A stretch of 64,000 bases of DNA. Origin: Adineta vaga. Its lineage: Eukaryota; Animalia; Rotifera. Positions 38,781 through 53,200 of this stretch are shown here, one piece after another. The stretch covers positions 7,254,001-7,318,000 of the forward strand of contig CP075496.1 in the NCBI GenBank assembly GCA_021613535.1, in the 5' to 3' direction. The position numbers and the translations under genes are program-made. The notes under the pieces were generated by a model. The model saw only the letters and a program-made list of their open reading frames with translations, was not told where the DNA came from and searched no databases. Numbering within the stretch: position 1 is the first letter of the stretch; every line of letters begins with the position of its first letter.

Positions 38781-40512
38781 TTAATGGTTATTATTGATTT
38801 CATTTTAATTCACTCAATCGTTTTTATATCTTCTGTTTATATTTAATAATAAATACTAAGTTTGATGCAGCTTCGATTTGATCTAGTTGATGCCTATTTG
38901 TCTTTTGTAAAGCAAGACAACGAGTTATGCATTTGAAAGAGTTATTAGAAGTATAGTTTTAGCGCAAGTATGTTCTGTTTTACTTTAATACCAAAATATT
39001 CATATAGATATATATAGATATAGAATATTAAACAAAAAATAGGTGGTACTAATGCTAAACATTTCTGGTACTTCTTTTCTTGTTAGCGGTGATATAGATA
39101 TTGTTCCGCGGCTTGTACTAATTGCGGCATATTGTTTCATAATATTATCATGACTACGCATCCAAATTATGCTCTAAGAATCAGTGCAGTACATATGGGT
39201 CAACTTGAATTAGCTGGATTAGGGAAACGAGTTACGGAATGGATAAAAATCACTATTATGGAGAAATAACGTCTGTTTACATCACATGATTACTCGTTCA
39301 TAATCTAGGTATTTATCTATGATCAATATCTGTGCATATATCTACCGTGGCAAAGTAGTATCAGTCATATCGATAATCTTGGGATTAGAATGAAGTAGAA
39401 TGCAAAGAATATTCAAGTTGTTGCTGAATGGTAAAAGAATAGTGAAGATGATATCGAACCATATGACGCAAGTTATTGTGTCACTCGAAACATCTCATTC
39501 ATCATAATTATCTCAGAAAAGACAGTACAATTGTTTCAGTTCAACAGTATTGATTTACTATTTATATTATTTAAATTTTTTACTTGAATATTCAGAAAAA
39601 TCTGATGTATCTTATCTGGATTTCTTTTCTCGTATTTTATTTGCTCCTGACTATTTAGCTCGAAATGAGAATCATGTCACAAATCATGCAGAAACTCATA
39701 AATAATATCATTATTCATACGCAGTACCATTCTATCCTGAAATAAGGATACTTGATAAATAAATGATGCGAAACAACATTTAACAGAAATAAATCACCTA
39801 TATTACAAGTTCATCTGATCAGTAAATTACTCAATGTATACCATTTCTATATTTTAGTATTCTATTTTTTGGTTTTACACGTATGTTCATGCTCATCTCG
39901 ATTGATTATATTAAATAGCTGAAAAACAATTTCATTTTCCAATCATTTAGAGATATGTTATTCTATTTCTTCTTTATTTCCTATCTTATCTTTAATTTTT
40001 AATTAATACAACAAAAAATAATAAACAAATAGATTAGAATGTTAATGCACATAAATATATACGCACGCAATAGGTAAAGAACTAAGTCATATACAAAATG
40101 TTTCTATTAATATTCATTTTGCGTGTTTGATTTATTAGCAGAGTAAGAGAAATAGATGACAAAAAAAAAGACAAATGAATCTAAAAAGATATATGAAAAA
40201 AAGAAATAGCGACGAACTTATCATGTGTTCGACAGCTGAAAAGAAAAATTCAAAACCAGAAATCAGAAAAACAATGTGAAAAGAAAGCGTTGAATAAGGC
40301 AATTAGTTAACAGGCAAAGACAAAGACTTCAGTCTGGATACTGTAAACAGAAAATGAAAACACACACACAGTTGTCTAGATCTAGAAAGAACAAGAGACA
40401 GAACGAATTTTTCATTTCTAAATTTTAATAATAGGAAAGAAGAACAGAAAAAAACGATTGACAAATATGACCTGGTGTTATCTTTATCGTCATCAAGAAT
40501 GTATCTAATCTT

Positions 40513-43500
40513 TTATTGAAATTTTTGATTGAATAAAGCTTTTTCTTCGCCATTAACATCGACAAGTCGTGTAACCATTGTTGTACCTGTACCCCATGTT
40601 GGAACACCTTCAGCGACTAATGTTTCCTTTTCATTGACCGATCCTTTACTAGCATTACGACTTAAAATACGTACTCGAGAACGAGATTTAAGAACGAAAT
40701 TTTCAGGAAATTTATAAACAATGTCTTCTTTCGAATCAATTTTACGTCGTAATGTCCAACCTTTCAAATCTTGATCTTTGCCTGGTGAACCGGCATTCTC
40801 AATGACGATAAAGTTACCCTGAGGATCTACTTGATCGATAGCAACAGGACCTAAATAAAGAAAAAAAACAATATCAATATCAATCTAAAGATCATTTTAT
40901 TTTCGTGTTCAAATTCAACGTTGTTTTTTTTTCATGTCAACTATAAAAGAATAAAAACTTTCAAAATAAGCACACGTTTGTTTCTTTTTTGTCATCCATT
41001 TGGATGAGTGCTTGTTGAAAGAAAAACGAATGTTACATCAATCAACGATAAACACACATGACTAAATCGATTGATATATTTTTGTTTTTGGTTATGTGAT
41101 ATAAAAGTAATTATAAGCAAAAATAAAACACATCAGTGAACTAAAAAACGTAAATTTTAACAGCAGAAACCTCAATTGTTTTTTTGAATCCAACACGCAA
41201 ACAGCAAATTAATTATAAATTAAAAAAGAAAAACGACATGTCCACATCTATATTTCATACGGAAAGGAGAAGAATGTCTCAATACATGTGTGTATGTGTG
41301 TGTTTTTCCTGTCAGTGGTCTAAATGAAAGAATGAAACATGCAGTCATGATTAGCCTGAAAAGAATTGAATAGTATAATAAATATATTTTTGAATTTCGA
41401 AAATAAAAATTGAATTTTAATTGCTCGATAAAAGTTATTAGTTTTCTTTTTTTGTTTCTTTGTCAAATTGATTTGAATAGATACAATTATTAATCATCAA
41501 ACCAGAGAAATAAGATGTGAAGTTTCGATATATACTATATGCTAAAACATATGTTGTAATTATAACCGTCCATCTGTGACTAATCGTGTGTAATGAGATA
41601 GATAGATGCTTGTCATAGCTACGAAAAAGGGGCAATTGGCCGATGGGAATGATGAGAAGAAAAAAACAAAATGTCTCATCATCATCATCATCATTATTAT
41701 GATGATGATGATGATTATTATTATTATTGAACGAATGGGAGAACAGACAGTCAACAATAGAAAAAAGATAGTTAAATGATCAAATGAATAACATTTGTCC
41801 TGCACATTGCTGTATTTCATACCAAAAAGAAAAATCAAAGAAACATGCTGCTTTGTAAGATTGTTATGATTACTCTGACTACTTACAGCAACATTCATAG
41901 AATTAAAGATTTATCATAGAAGAAAGAAGAATAAAGAAATACGAAAAGAAAATGATGTTTCTGTATGTTTTTTTTTGTTTTCACTAACGATCAAAAATGA
42001 TATTCTAGATAAGATGAAAAATATGATTTTTGATAAAACTCACAAAGAAAATTTCAAATAAAACACTAACCTCGTGCCGATTTTTGTACGGTCATTTTCT
42101 TGGTTGAAACATCGGCAGCTGCTGGATCAAATCGACCGGCGGTATTTCCACTAACAGACGATCCTGATTGAAAATGATATGCTGGTGCACCCTTACCACC
42201 TGCCATTAAACCTTCTCCACTTTCGATTCTTTGTAAATGACCTTCTTCGACTTCCAATAAACGTCTATATGTATTGATTTCAAATCGAAGTGAAACATTA
42301 TTTTCCAAAACAGCAGCAATAGCTTGTTCACGTTGTTCAGCTTGACCACGTAATTCAGCTAATTCTCGGTCTCGTTCATTGTGTGCTCGATTATGTTCAG
42401 CAGAAATTCGTTCAAAACTTTCTTCTAATTCTCGAAGTTCATTGGCCAAATCTGAATGTTCTTTTTGCAATTTATCATAATTACCGCGATTTTCCGATAA
42501 TAACGATTTCAATGCTGATAAATCCATGATTTCAACGGCGCCTGTACGACGAGCTTCTTCAATCTTACGTTTTTGTTCTGCTGCTTGTTCACGAATTTCT
42601 TCGGTTTTAATTCGATAATATTCTGTGAAGAAAGAAAAAAACAAGAATTGAACCAGCTGTTTTATATTTACTCATTTCATACCTTCTAATTCCCGTCGTT
42701 GTGCTTGTGAAAGTGCTTCGAAATCATTCTTTATATCAGCAATGGCACGTGTTAATTCAGTTCGATAGAATTGACTAACATCGATTGGTAATGTACCAAG
42801 AGAAGCTAATTCATTACGTTCTTCTTCATGAACTGCTTTCATAAAAGCTAATTGTTCTTCTAAAGTTTGTAATTCATTTTGTATCATAACACGTTGCATA
42901 GATTCTTGATCAAATTCATTTTTTAAATCTTCTAATTGAGCTAAAAGACGTCGAACTTCATCTTTACTACGATCAATTTCTTGTTTTTTATCTTCAAAAC
43001 GATTACGTAAAGAATCTAATTCTGATCCACTGCCTTCGAGTTGTTGTTTAAGCATTGTAAAACGATTACGATCAAGATTAACTAATTCATTAGCAAAATC
43101 TGTTTGATGTTTTATTAACGATGCATCATATTCAGCACGTTTAGCACGTAATTCTGCTAAAGCTTTATCACGTGTAACATCATCGATTTGTTTTCGTAAG
43201 GAAACAAGTCCTTGATCATATTGATCTTTTACTTTACCAGAATCAAAACCTGTCAAAAAAAAAGAAAAAAATAAAGATTTCCTTTAGAGAGAAAAAGGAA
43301 ACAAAATTTTTTCGATTTTTGCCTTACCCCATTTTTGTTTGAGTGAATCAAGTTCAGTTTGTAATTTTCGATTTTGAGTTTCAAGAAACTTAACACGATC
43401 AAGATAAGCACCAAATTTTGTATTAAGTTCTTGCATTTCAAGTCGTTCACCTTCATGTTGATTTGCTAACTTACGAACAGCTTCGAGACCACCAGCACGA

Positions 43501-43586
43501 CCACCAGCTGGACCATCACTAGTTCGAATTCCACGTTCAATTATTGTTCGACGAATAACCGTTTGATCACCACGTTCTGTAGCCAT
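40513..43586 (-). CDS. Cytoplasmic intermediate filament protein with lamin-tail (Ig-fold) domain, protostome type (4 exons)
   Basis: LNTKFGAYLDRVKFLETQNRKL; SLRFEINTYRRLLEVEE; LTD GPVAIDQVDPQGNFIVIEN...LKGWTLRRKID...WGTG. No CaaX box (ends NQKFQ). Confidence 0.92.
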
Positions 43587-46500
43587 AATTTGTTTTTCTT
43601 TTATTTCGATTTAATGATCAGAAGACGATGTAGAAATAAATATCGAAAAAGGCCAGAAGAATAAATGTTGATAGAAATCAATGAATATGTCTAAATGTTC
43701 AAAAGAGGTCAACTCAAGGTTCTTTAAATATACTTTATCTTATTCATTTTTTTTCTTTCTTCTTCTACTATACAACTCTCGTTGATACACATGAGTGAAT
43801 CTATATGATTTTTAACTATGTTTGTCTCGCGATCTCTTTGTAACGTGTATATAGATGTGATCGATGAGAAAGACGAAAAACGAGACTCTCTATACTTATT
43901 CACTCTCTTGTCCGTCTCATTCATTTATGAGGTCTTATTTTTTCAAAAATGAGAGAAAGAGAAACATAGAGAGAGAGAGAAAGCATGAATAATCAGTCGA
44001 CGCTTCTTTTCTTCCTTTTCTTCTTTGGTTCGTCATACATCTAATTGTATTCTTCTTCTCTCTGTCTCTCTTTCTTCTCGTTGATATGACGATTGCTACA
44101 AAAAACGAAAAGAAGAAAATGAAGAGTATACATATATATATATATACATATACACATGTATTGTATGATGAGATGGACATGTTTGAAGAAAGAGAAGGGA
44201 AAAAAGGTAGAAAGGTATGCGATGAATATTTGAAATGGTTAACTATTAGAATCTACGTAGTCATATTACCATTTTTGTGGCTAGAATGATGAGAAAGAAG
44301 AGGATATTAAATTGTGCACATGTTTTTTCATCGTCTTCATATGTTGTCTTAGTATCGTAATGAGAAAGTGTACATTTATAGGCTGATGAATGTTATGGGA
44401 AAATGTGCTTTTGACTGATTTACATATTCACGTATGCAACATGCTTACTTCATTGTTTTTTTGTTCTTTCGCTGAAAACTCAAATAACGATATCAATGCA
44501 ACATTCTCTGTTTATTCTGACAAAAATAAAGAGAAAAAAAAACAATATGAAAGACAAGAAAAACTATATACACCAAGACAAAGACGAAGAAGATGAAGAA
44601 GTTATATTCTATTCTTGTTCTTCTGTCCGTTTTTTTGTGGTAGTGCGGTTAGATCTTATTCATAAACGTTGTCTCGAATAATTCGTGAATAAATTTAGCT
44701 TCATGTAAAAGAATTCTTTTAATCAGTATCGAATTAAACCCATATGGTTCATTTCATACTTTGATGATAAAAAATAAAAGTATCAAGAGAATTTGACCTG
44801 ATCTATAATCATCTGATGCCTCAAGCGCGTTTACTATCAACACTCAAGATTATCTATAAAAAAAAAGCTGATTCGATTAATGGAATAGTCAATTAAATTC
44901 ACATCGTCAAGATTGTTTACTAAAAAGAAGAGATTGAATAAATCTCTGGATTAGTTTAGGTCTATTCTCATGAATAATTAAGTCAATATAAACTTGACGA
45001 GAGAGAAAGAAATCGATAGATTCGAAACATTCTTTTTAATTAAAACAATCTTTCGACAATAAACATCTGTCATTCTTGTCTTGATAAGATGGAAAAGACG
45101 AGATATGTTGAACATGAAGTATACAGTAGTAATCAAGTCAATATTTAGTCGATCAGGAAACAAAACAAGATAAAAATCTTAATAGACAAACGAACGTTCT
45201 TTTAAAATATTACCGATTTTTTCTTCTTCTTCTTCTTCTCTTTTTTAAATGGTAGAGATTATTTGTGCAAGCGTAATAAAATAAAAAGACGAGATAGTTG
45301 TAATAATAAAAAAAGAAAAGAAAACAAAAGATATCTTTGTAATCAGTTTAGTCGTTTTAAGAATAAATCTTCCAAGTTGTAAGGAGGACAAAATGTTACA
45401 ATATATCGAGATAATAATTTTTCTAGACGAAATATAGTCCTTGACAAGATACTTTATAGTACAAAACTTCAATATTTGTAGAGTTCTTCACTTTTGCTAC
45501 TATTATTCATTTTTACATTTATTGACAAATGTACTTTGTCTATCTTAACGAACTTACTAATACGCAACTCTCAAGATTTTGATTGTTACTGTTTAAATGT
45601 CTATTGCGCTTCACTCCCTGTCTTTTGTAATTGTATTATTCTGTCAAGCAGCTCAACTTTGTAAAGAGTCTCATTTTTTTCCTCTCCTCTCTGTCATGCA
45701 ACTCGAAAAGAAAAGTTTACCTACAGGTAAATGCAATGATTGTGTGACCAAGCACTCTGTTTATCTTTGTGTTACACCACTTCGCTTGTCTTTAGTCAAA
45801 ATGGATTGTTGTTCCAGTTCAGGTAACATATACATACATTTATTTGTTCTACTTGATCAGTCACATCTATAGAGATTCTCTCGTTCTCAATCGATCGAAT
45901 ATAAATGCTTCCAGTTAAGTAAATCTGACTTTTTCTTTTATATGTTCAATATCGGACACTTATTCACGAAAAGAAAAGATACGACAATACGTTTATGGTC
46001 AGAATTATAATCATTATTTGTCATTAGTTTGCTATTCTTTTAGGGTTTTTTTTCTCTTCTTTTGTTTCGTTTGACAATATAAGTGTGCACATGTACATAT
46101 GCTTATCATCGAGAATAACCTCCGTATATTTTCATTTGATGAACGACTTCTTTACATATGTGTGAATGATCATCATTCATTGGCGTCCTTATATTAGATT
46201 TCATAGTGTCACTGACCATTCATTCGATATTAATATTCAATCGAATACATTCAGAAGTCGAGAACGTAAGAACGAACGACTAAACGAACCGAAAATAGTA
46301 TGTTAAAAGCATAGTATTAAAACATTGTGATAGGCGAATACGATTGATAGAAAACAAGAAAAAAAATATCGATCATACATTAATATGATAGTGTTTTATT
46401 CTAAACAGAAACAATCATTTATATCAAAAGTCATATAATAAGCTCTTATTCATGACTAGAGTGTATATTTTGATTATTAACAACGATGAAGAAGAAAAAA

Positions 46501-48161
46501 ATAAAGACATCAAATTTCATGTATAAGTATATCTATATGACTGAAATTGTTTTATGAAGAGGTAGACAAGCATCATAAATGATTAGGTATATTTGTCTAG
46601 TTTCATACCTCAACCTGTATAGTAATTTAAGATTTACTTCAGTCTTTCTCCTTCTTCTTTTCCTACTACTACTACTACTACTATAGTTAAATTGACCGAT
46701 TCAAATTGTTAATAGAAAAAAAAAGTAGATGTTAGTTAGATACGACTAGACAGAACGAAATTGAAATAAAGAATGATATAGAGACAAATAATTTAACAAG
46801 TTCAAAAAAATCAATCAATTAAAAATATAAAAACAAATTTATTCGAAATTATCTACACAGTATTGATTGACTTTTGTACTTTTTCTTCTACGGACAATCA
46901 TATCAATATTTGACATACCTTCTTTCTTGCTTTTTAACAAAATAATATTCGTCGTCGATCTAACTATTGTTGGCTTCTATTTAACAAATTAGAGATGAAT
47001 TGTATGCCTAGTATTGTTTATGTCTATACACGAAGATAAAATTCAAGACAATGGTTTGATGAATAGGTTATTTTTTCTTCTTCTTAAAATGTGCACATAG
47101 AATTTCAATGATAGGAAAAAAAATCGATGGTGTGTTATCTGAAATTGAAGAAGATGTCTAACAGACAGACATATGGAAAAGAGAAATGAAGTAATAAGTA
47201 AATTATGCAATACAGATGATTCTGTCATAACAAGTAGCGGCTTTCACTTCGAGACAAAAAGGAAAGGGAATTGGTATACAACACTCGTTTCTCTTCATAT
47301 ACATATGTATGGATTGTTATTGTTTCGTTTTCTTCTTCTTCTTCTTCTTCTTCTCCTCTTTTGCATAATGTATTGTCCGATTATCACTAACAAGAACAAA
47401 ATGAATTACAATTCTATTTGCTAAAAGAAAGAAAAATAATATTTGTCTATATCACACGAGCAGTATTGATTGTTCATTTGACATGACGAAGATTCTCGTT
47501 TTGTTTATGTATTGCAAACTATCACTAGGAATCGTACTTATCGAACTCTTACATATAGTTCAATTCTTTTAATAAGACGATTAAAAAAGAAATGCATATT
47601 CAAATAATGATCTCGTACATTAATTCTAATCAGATTATTATGCATGAATTTAAAATGGAAGGTAACGATCGTTTATTGATCAATATATCTTTACTTATTC
47701 AAAGTCATTTATTTCTGGATTTACACTTTCATATTCATTGAAACATTTGAATCTCTCATCGTCTATGTATATGAGCAAAAAAAAACTCAGCTGTTGCCTC
47801 ATGCTACTAACACTTTTCATTTTTGTTCATAATACCTTGAAAAAAGGTTGTTTAATGCTTGTATATACGTCTAATATATTCTAATATATTGATATACGAA
47901 TGAATATCCTATGTATATATGCATAAATAAATAGAGGAATGAAGAAAATTGATTGAATTGATGATTACATAAGCTAACACTTTTTCATTATATATTTTAA
48001 AAGAGTAATTTCAATTTATCTACTTCTTTTTCCAAATACAGAAAAAAAAACAATGAACAAATGAACTGATGAATATATAAATCTAGACACATATAAGTAC
48101 GTACAAAAATATAAAAAGTATTATGACACAACGAGAATAAAAATAAAAGTTGATTTTAAAA

Positions 48162-49528
48162 CTAAATATCTAATGAAGAATCAAGACGGTCGAAAGAATA
48201 AACAGCTCGTTCATTACGTGACCATTTACTTATATCATGATCATTACCTCCTAAACCGTATTGAGCTGTATATTCACGTAATTCTTTAAAAAAATCAAAT
48301 GTTTCTGGTTCATCAATGTCAACATCGTCTTTATCAATTGAATTCGCATATTTTAATGCATTCCAAGTGTTTGTATCCATATTTACTGGTTTAGTATTGA
48401 AATCAATTGTCATATTTTCCATAATAAAAACCCAATTGCAATAAACAATCTACAATGAAAAACAAAACAATCGATTAGAACTGAAAGGAAAAACTTCTAC
48501 TAAAGAAAAAGTTCATACTTGAAGAATGTTCGTATAAGCACTACAGAGATCACCAATTGCTACGAACATATGACCAACATAAGTGCTCGTTCTAACACTT
48601 GTTTAAAATTTGGTATTTCTTTTGAAATTGATGCTAATTTTCGTACTAAATTTCGATCGATATTTTCGATCTTTTGAAACATAACCTGTGGTAATAAACC
48701 ACGAAGAATTGTTACATAACAAGCACCAATAACACGCATAATCTGATTAAAACGTTCACCATCATCGATACCACTGATTTCATTAGTATAATCAAGTAAG
48801 AGTGTCAAAGCTTCAAGACGACGAAATCCAAGAATATAGTTTACTTTATCAACTGGTTTACGAGTATAAGTTAATCGAGCCATGAAACCTTGTTGAACAA
48901 TAAAAACAGCTTTTGTTAAATCGAGAAGACAATTTTCAACAACTTCTAATTCACCGTAACAACCGAAATCATTATGAATAGACATTCCAAAAGCATCAGG
49001 ACTCGTATTACGAACATCTTTACGATACTTCTTATTCCAATAACGAGCTGTTTTAGAAACGACAAATGTTTCTTTATTAGGACCAAGCTTTTCATAAATA
49101 ACATATTGTTTGTTGGTTGGATGATCTTTACCATCATCATCGGCAGTTGTTGATCGAACTGGAGGTGCTTCTGTTTGCTGTCCTTGTTCATCTTCTCCTT
49201 CAAAATCCTCGTCATCATCATCATCATCACTTTCATCACTTGTATCCAAATCTTCATTTACTACCGGTTCGATGAATTTTACTGGTTGTGGAGGTGATGG
49301 TGAACGTACTGGTTTTGATTCTTTGGGTTTATTATTTCGACGGGCTTGTCGTTTTGGTACGTTTTCTTTATCGACGACTTTTTCTTCAACTTTGGGCTTC
49401 TTTGCATTTGCAGGTACTGTTTCATCGGTATTATTACGTTTGACGGATGAATGTTTATCAATGGTTGATGGCTGCTGCTGTTCATGATCGGTTCCTTTAT
49501 TTCGAACAGCAAGTGTACGTTTTGGCAT
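48162..49528 (-). CDS. Uncharacterised protein: basic/acidic disordered N-terminus plus a conserved-looking helical domain (2 exons; 1-nt frameshift near 48579)
   Basis: The 322-aa ORF continues in a shifted frame as VGHMFVAIGDLCSAYTNILQ|GTATGA. Intron 48518-48450, then IVYCNWVFIMENM...SSLDI*. TATA-like element near 49716-49724. Confidence 0.75.
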
Positions 49529-50275
49529 AGTTAAATAGTTAAAAAGGGAAGTGATTACAAATCGAAAATAGTTTGAACTGATTGGAAAAATACGTAGATA
49601 ACGAAACGAACCGAACGAAAATTTAAATGAACAAAGAACACTACACTAATAGTGACTATTGGATAGAATAGATATGCGCGGTAGAGGGCAGACGATGAAG
49701 TACACCTAGAGAGGCTTATATATATGCGCGTTGTTCTACAATACTTTGTATTTACTAGAGGCGAACTGGAAGTAGCTGATTTACATGAAAATAAACCAAA
49801 AGAAGTATTTTCCAATAATCAATAGTGTACCCATTAAATAATTGTATTAAAAATTTGATTTGAGTACTCTAATATCCATTGTTTGTAATGATATCAATAT
49901 TTTGTTCTTTATTCTTGTAGCTGATTATATATACACATCTGTTACATCATTTGAAACAAATGTAACATATTATAGAAGAAACCATATACACTATTGAAAC
50001 ATGTATACTTAAAACAAGATGAAATTTCATCTTTATTTTATTTTAAATTGAATACAAATATCTTACACTTGATAATCATCTGTTCGGTTCTATAAATATT
50101 TCTTCCTTAATTTATTAAATTAGTATTTTTTTAATTAGAAAGAGTAAAAAATGAAGAGAGAAAAAATACTTTTAATACCATCTAATTTCTATCTATCGTC
50201 ATTATAAGATTGATGACATATTAGATGAAATGAAAGGAAGAAAATACATAAATATCTTTTTCCTTTGCTTCAAAT

Positions 50276-53200
50276 TTAAATAGTAGCTAAAATAAGTTTC
50301 AATTGTCGACTTATATGTCTCGATAATGTTTGTGAATGATGTTGAACTTTTTTTGCTCGTTCATAAGCTTCATTCAATACAGCCATGTCATAACTATTTG
50401 AAATCTAAAAAGAATTATATCCATTCATGGTTATTCTTCTATTCAATTATTATTTATAACTTACTTCTTCTGATTCACTGTCGGAAGATGTAATATGTTT
50501 GGTATCTTGACGATATCGATTCATCCTTCTACAAAAAATTTTCAATAAAAATAAAGAATGAAAAATTGAAAGAATATAGTTACTTATTTCCACTTTCATA
50601 ACCAGGATCATCGATATCATTAGGAGTTCGTTTCACTGTTGGATGTGTGTGGTGACTAGATAAAAATAAAGAAAATTGTGAACCTAATATGGAACCTTGA
50701 GTCGTCTATTTGCATTTAGAAACTTTTAAGTGAGATGTATCAAATAACTCAACATTATTCCTTTTGATTTAATTTATACAAACCGATGATGATACGTCGT
50801 CATACAACCACATTCAGTACATGCATGCAATTTTGTAGAGGGCGATTTTGTTTGAGAAGAAGTTGGTTGATACAATGTTGTAGTAGAAGGTTGGTTTTTA
50901 TTGGGAACATATCGACTAGACAAAGATATGATGATGATAATCATTTTCTTTTTGATAAAATGAATATAGTACTTACTATAAGACACCTGTATGTGGATCT
51001 AAATAAAGATTACTTGTTTGTTTTCTTGTTATTGTTGTAGGAGGTGGCGGTAAGGTGGGTGGAAGTGGTGCTTGTCTTTGATGTTGATTAAGTTTCTCTT
51101 GTGATCGTCGATGTGTATGTGATTCATCAATATAACAGGCACTTCGATACATTTTTTCGGGATTACTGGATGAAATTGTTGTTTGACGATGAACAATACC
51201 ACTTCGATATTTTCGACCCATTTTATGATGTTGATCAAGTTTTGATGGATCTTGTGGAGCAGTCTGTGGTCGATGTGAACTATTTTGATAATGACGAAAA
51301 TTGACACTGTCCGTTGAAATACTTCGATGATAAGGTGTTAAACGTGTTCGTTGAGAGGCTGTCTGTTGGAATTGTAAATTTGGATGACTGCGACGAGGTT
51401 TTCTTTTATATGCGGAGGTTTGGGGAGTTTGATCGAATGAACCTGGTGCAAATGTTTCTATATCTGATGGATATAAGTCTAAAATGAAATTGATAGAAGA
51501 ATAAAATGAATGTAACAAGTTATATAATTATCAATACCTGATCGTCCACTAGGCACTCGTCGGTAACTTTCGTTTACTGATGACAAAGTGTCGAATCGTT
51601 TTGTATATTTACTTGAAAAAAAAATGGCCAAATGTAATCATAAAATTTGATGTAAAAGTGCTTGAAGGACAAAAGAAAAAAGGAATTCTTTTCTTTCTCC
51701 TACTCTCTTCTCCTACTCTCATTCGCGCTCGGCTATCGATTGACTTTATTAGTTATTATTTTTTTTGTCGCTGACACTCACGAGAAACTATAGCAATGAA
51801 AATAAAACTTACTTGTAAGACATTCCAGGACTAACAGTATCAGACTCATTCGAATGTGATGATGATACATTGGACATGGTTTCTAAAAGAATACGAATGA
51901 GAAACTTCTATTTCTCTTGTATTATCACATTCAATTACCTTGTTCTTCATCTGTGTATCGTCGTCGATCGTCATCGAGTGATTGGTAATGACTTTCATCA
52001 ATCATACTTGTATTTAATTTACTATAAGAGAAAAAAAAAGGAATTTCTTTGTAATTTTATTCGAAGTAATCAGATTACCTATCACGACTTAATTTAGTGG
52101 TATTATTTGTACCAATACCACTATCATAATCACTTGTACGTGTTCGCATTGATCGCGTTGAATAATGTGGACCGTTTGTACCGTTAGAAAGAGATGGTGG
52201 ACTCATGTCATTGTCTAATTGATAATGATTAATATTTTTCTAAATGATAGAGAGTATTTTTGATTCTATTGAATGTGAAATCTTTTTTTTGTTTCTTTTA
52301 CTCGTTGTTCAACTTTATGTTTTCGTTGAGATTTAGCGATGTTTTCTAAATTATCATAATTTTGAATGTCCTGTTGGCTAGTAGATTTTTTCTTATTTGC
52401 GGCAGTGGGTTCGCCGACGGAATTGTCTTTCATCGGGTGGTAAATAATGATGGTTTGTAGTAGTCGGCGAATTCAAAACCAGTTCGAATGAAGTCGAATG
52501 AACATCTTTTTTTAATGGAACTGGGGTAGTTCGTTTCGTTTGTTTTTGTTGGTCGTCATCAGAGTGCTATTATAAATAAAAATAAAATAGTAAAGTCGCT
52601 TTTTGGTTTTCACCAATCACTATCTGTTCTTGTCACATCAGAATCTCATTTATTCTGGAAAATCGACCTTTCTTTTTTTCTTAGATGTTTGAAAAACTTC
52701 ATCGTCATACCTCAGAATGATGGACATATTGTTTTTGACTTTTCGTTGTTGTCGGTATTTGATTTGGTAGATCTAGTTGCGATGAACTATGAAATAAATA
52801 AAATTTTGCAGAAAAAACAGCAATATTTTAAATTACGTTTTCTTTGTTTGCTCTAATTGATTATCTAATCGTACATGTGAGGATTTCGTTTCATTCTTTT
52901 TTTCTGAAATTCCTGCATTAACCGCATTTAATAATTTCTGATATTGATCCATTAAGTCAGCATGATTGCATATTGAAGATCGAGCAGAAACTTGACTCTA
53001 TTATTTGATTAAGTATGAAAATGGAGAAAAGGATTGGATTATCTTTACCGAATGTGTTTCACTTTGTGTGCCACGACTTTGTCGATCGATTTCTATACCA
53101 TTACTTGATTTACCAAGTAGATTATCTGTAATTCGATTGACGATTTCTTTTAATAATTGTTTCATCATTTCTAATTCCGAATTCAAATCTCTACAAATAT

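Noticed and set aside
39040-39520. Coding-like fragments (MTTHPNYALRISAVHMGQLELAGLGKRV...)
   Set aside because: Multiple stops and no recognisable family; possibly a decayed gene, but unsupported.
41676-41730. (CAT)n/(ATG)n inverted microsatellite hairpin in the IF intron
   Set aside because: Simple-sequence self-complementarity, with no evidence for a structured RNA.
40513-43586. Nuclear lamin
   Set aside because: No CaaX box and no clear NLS before the LTD; it fits a cytoplasmic IF.
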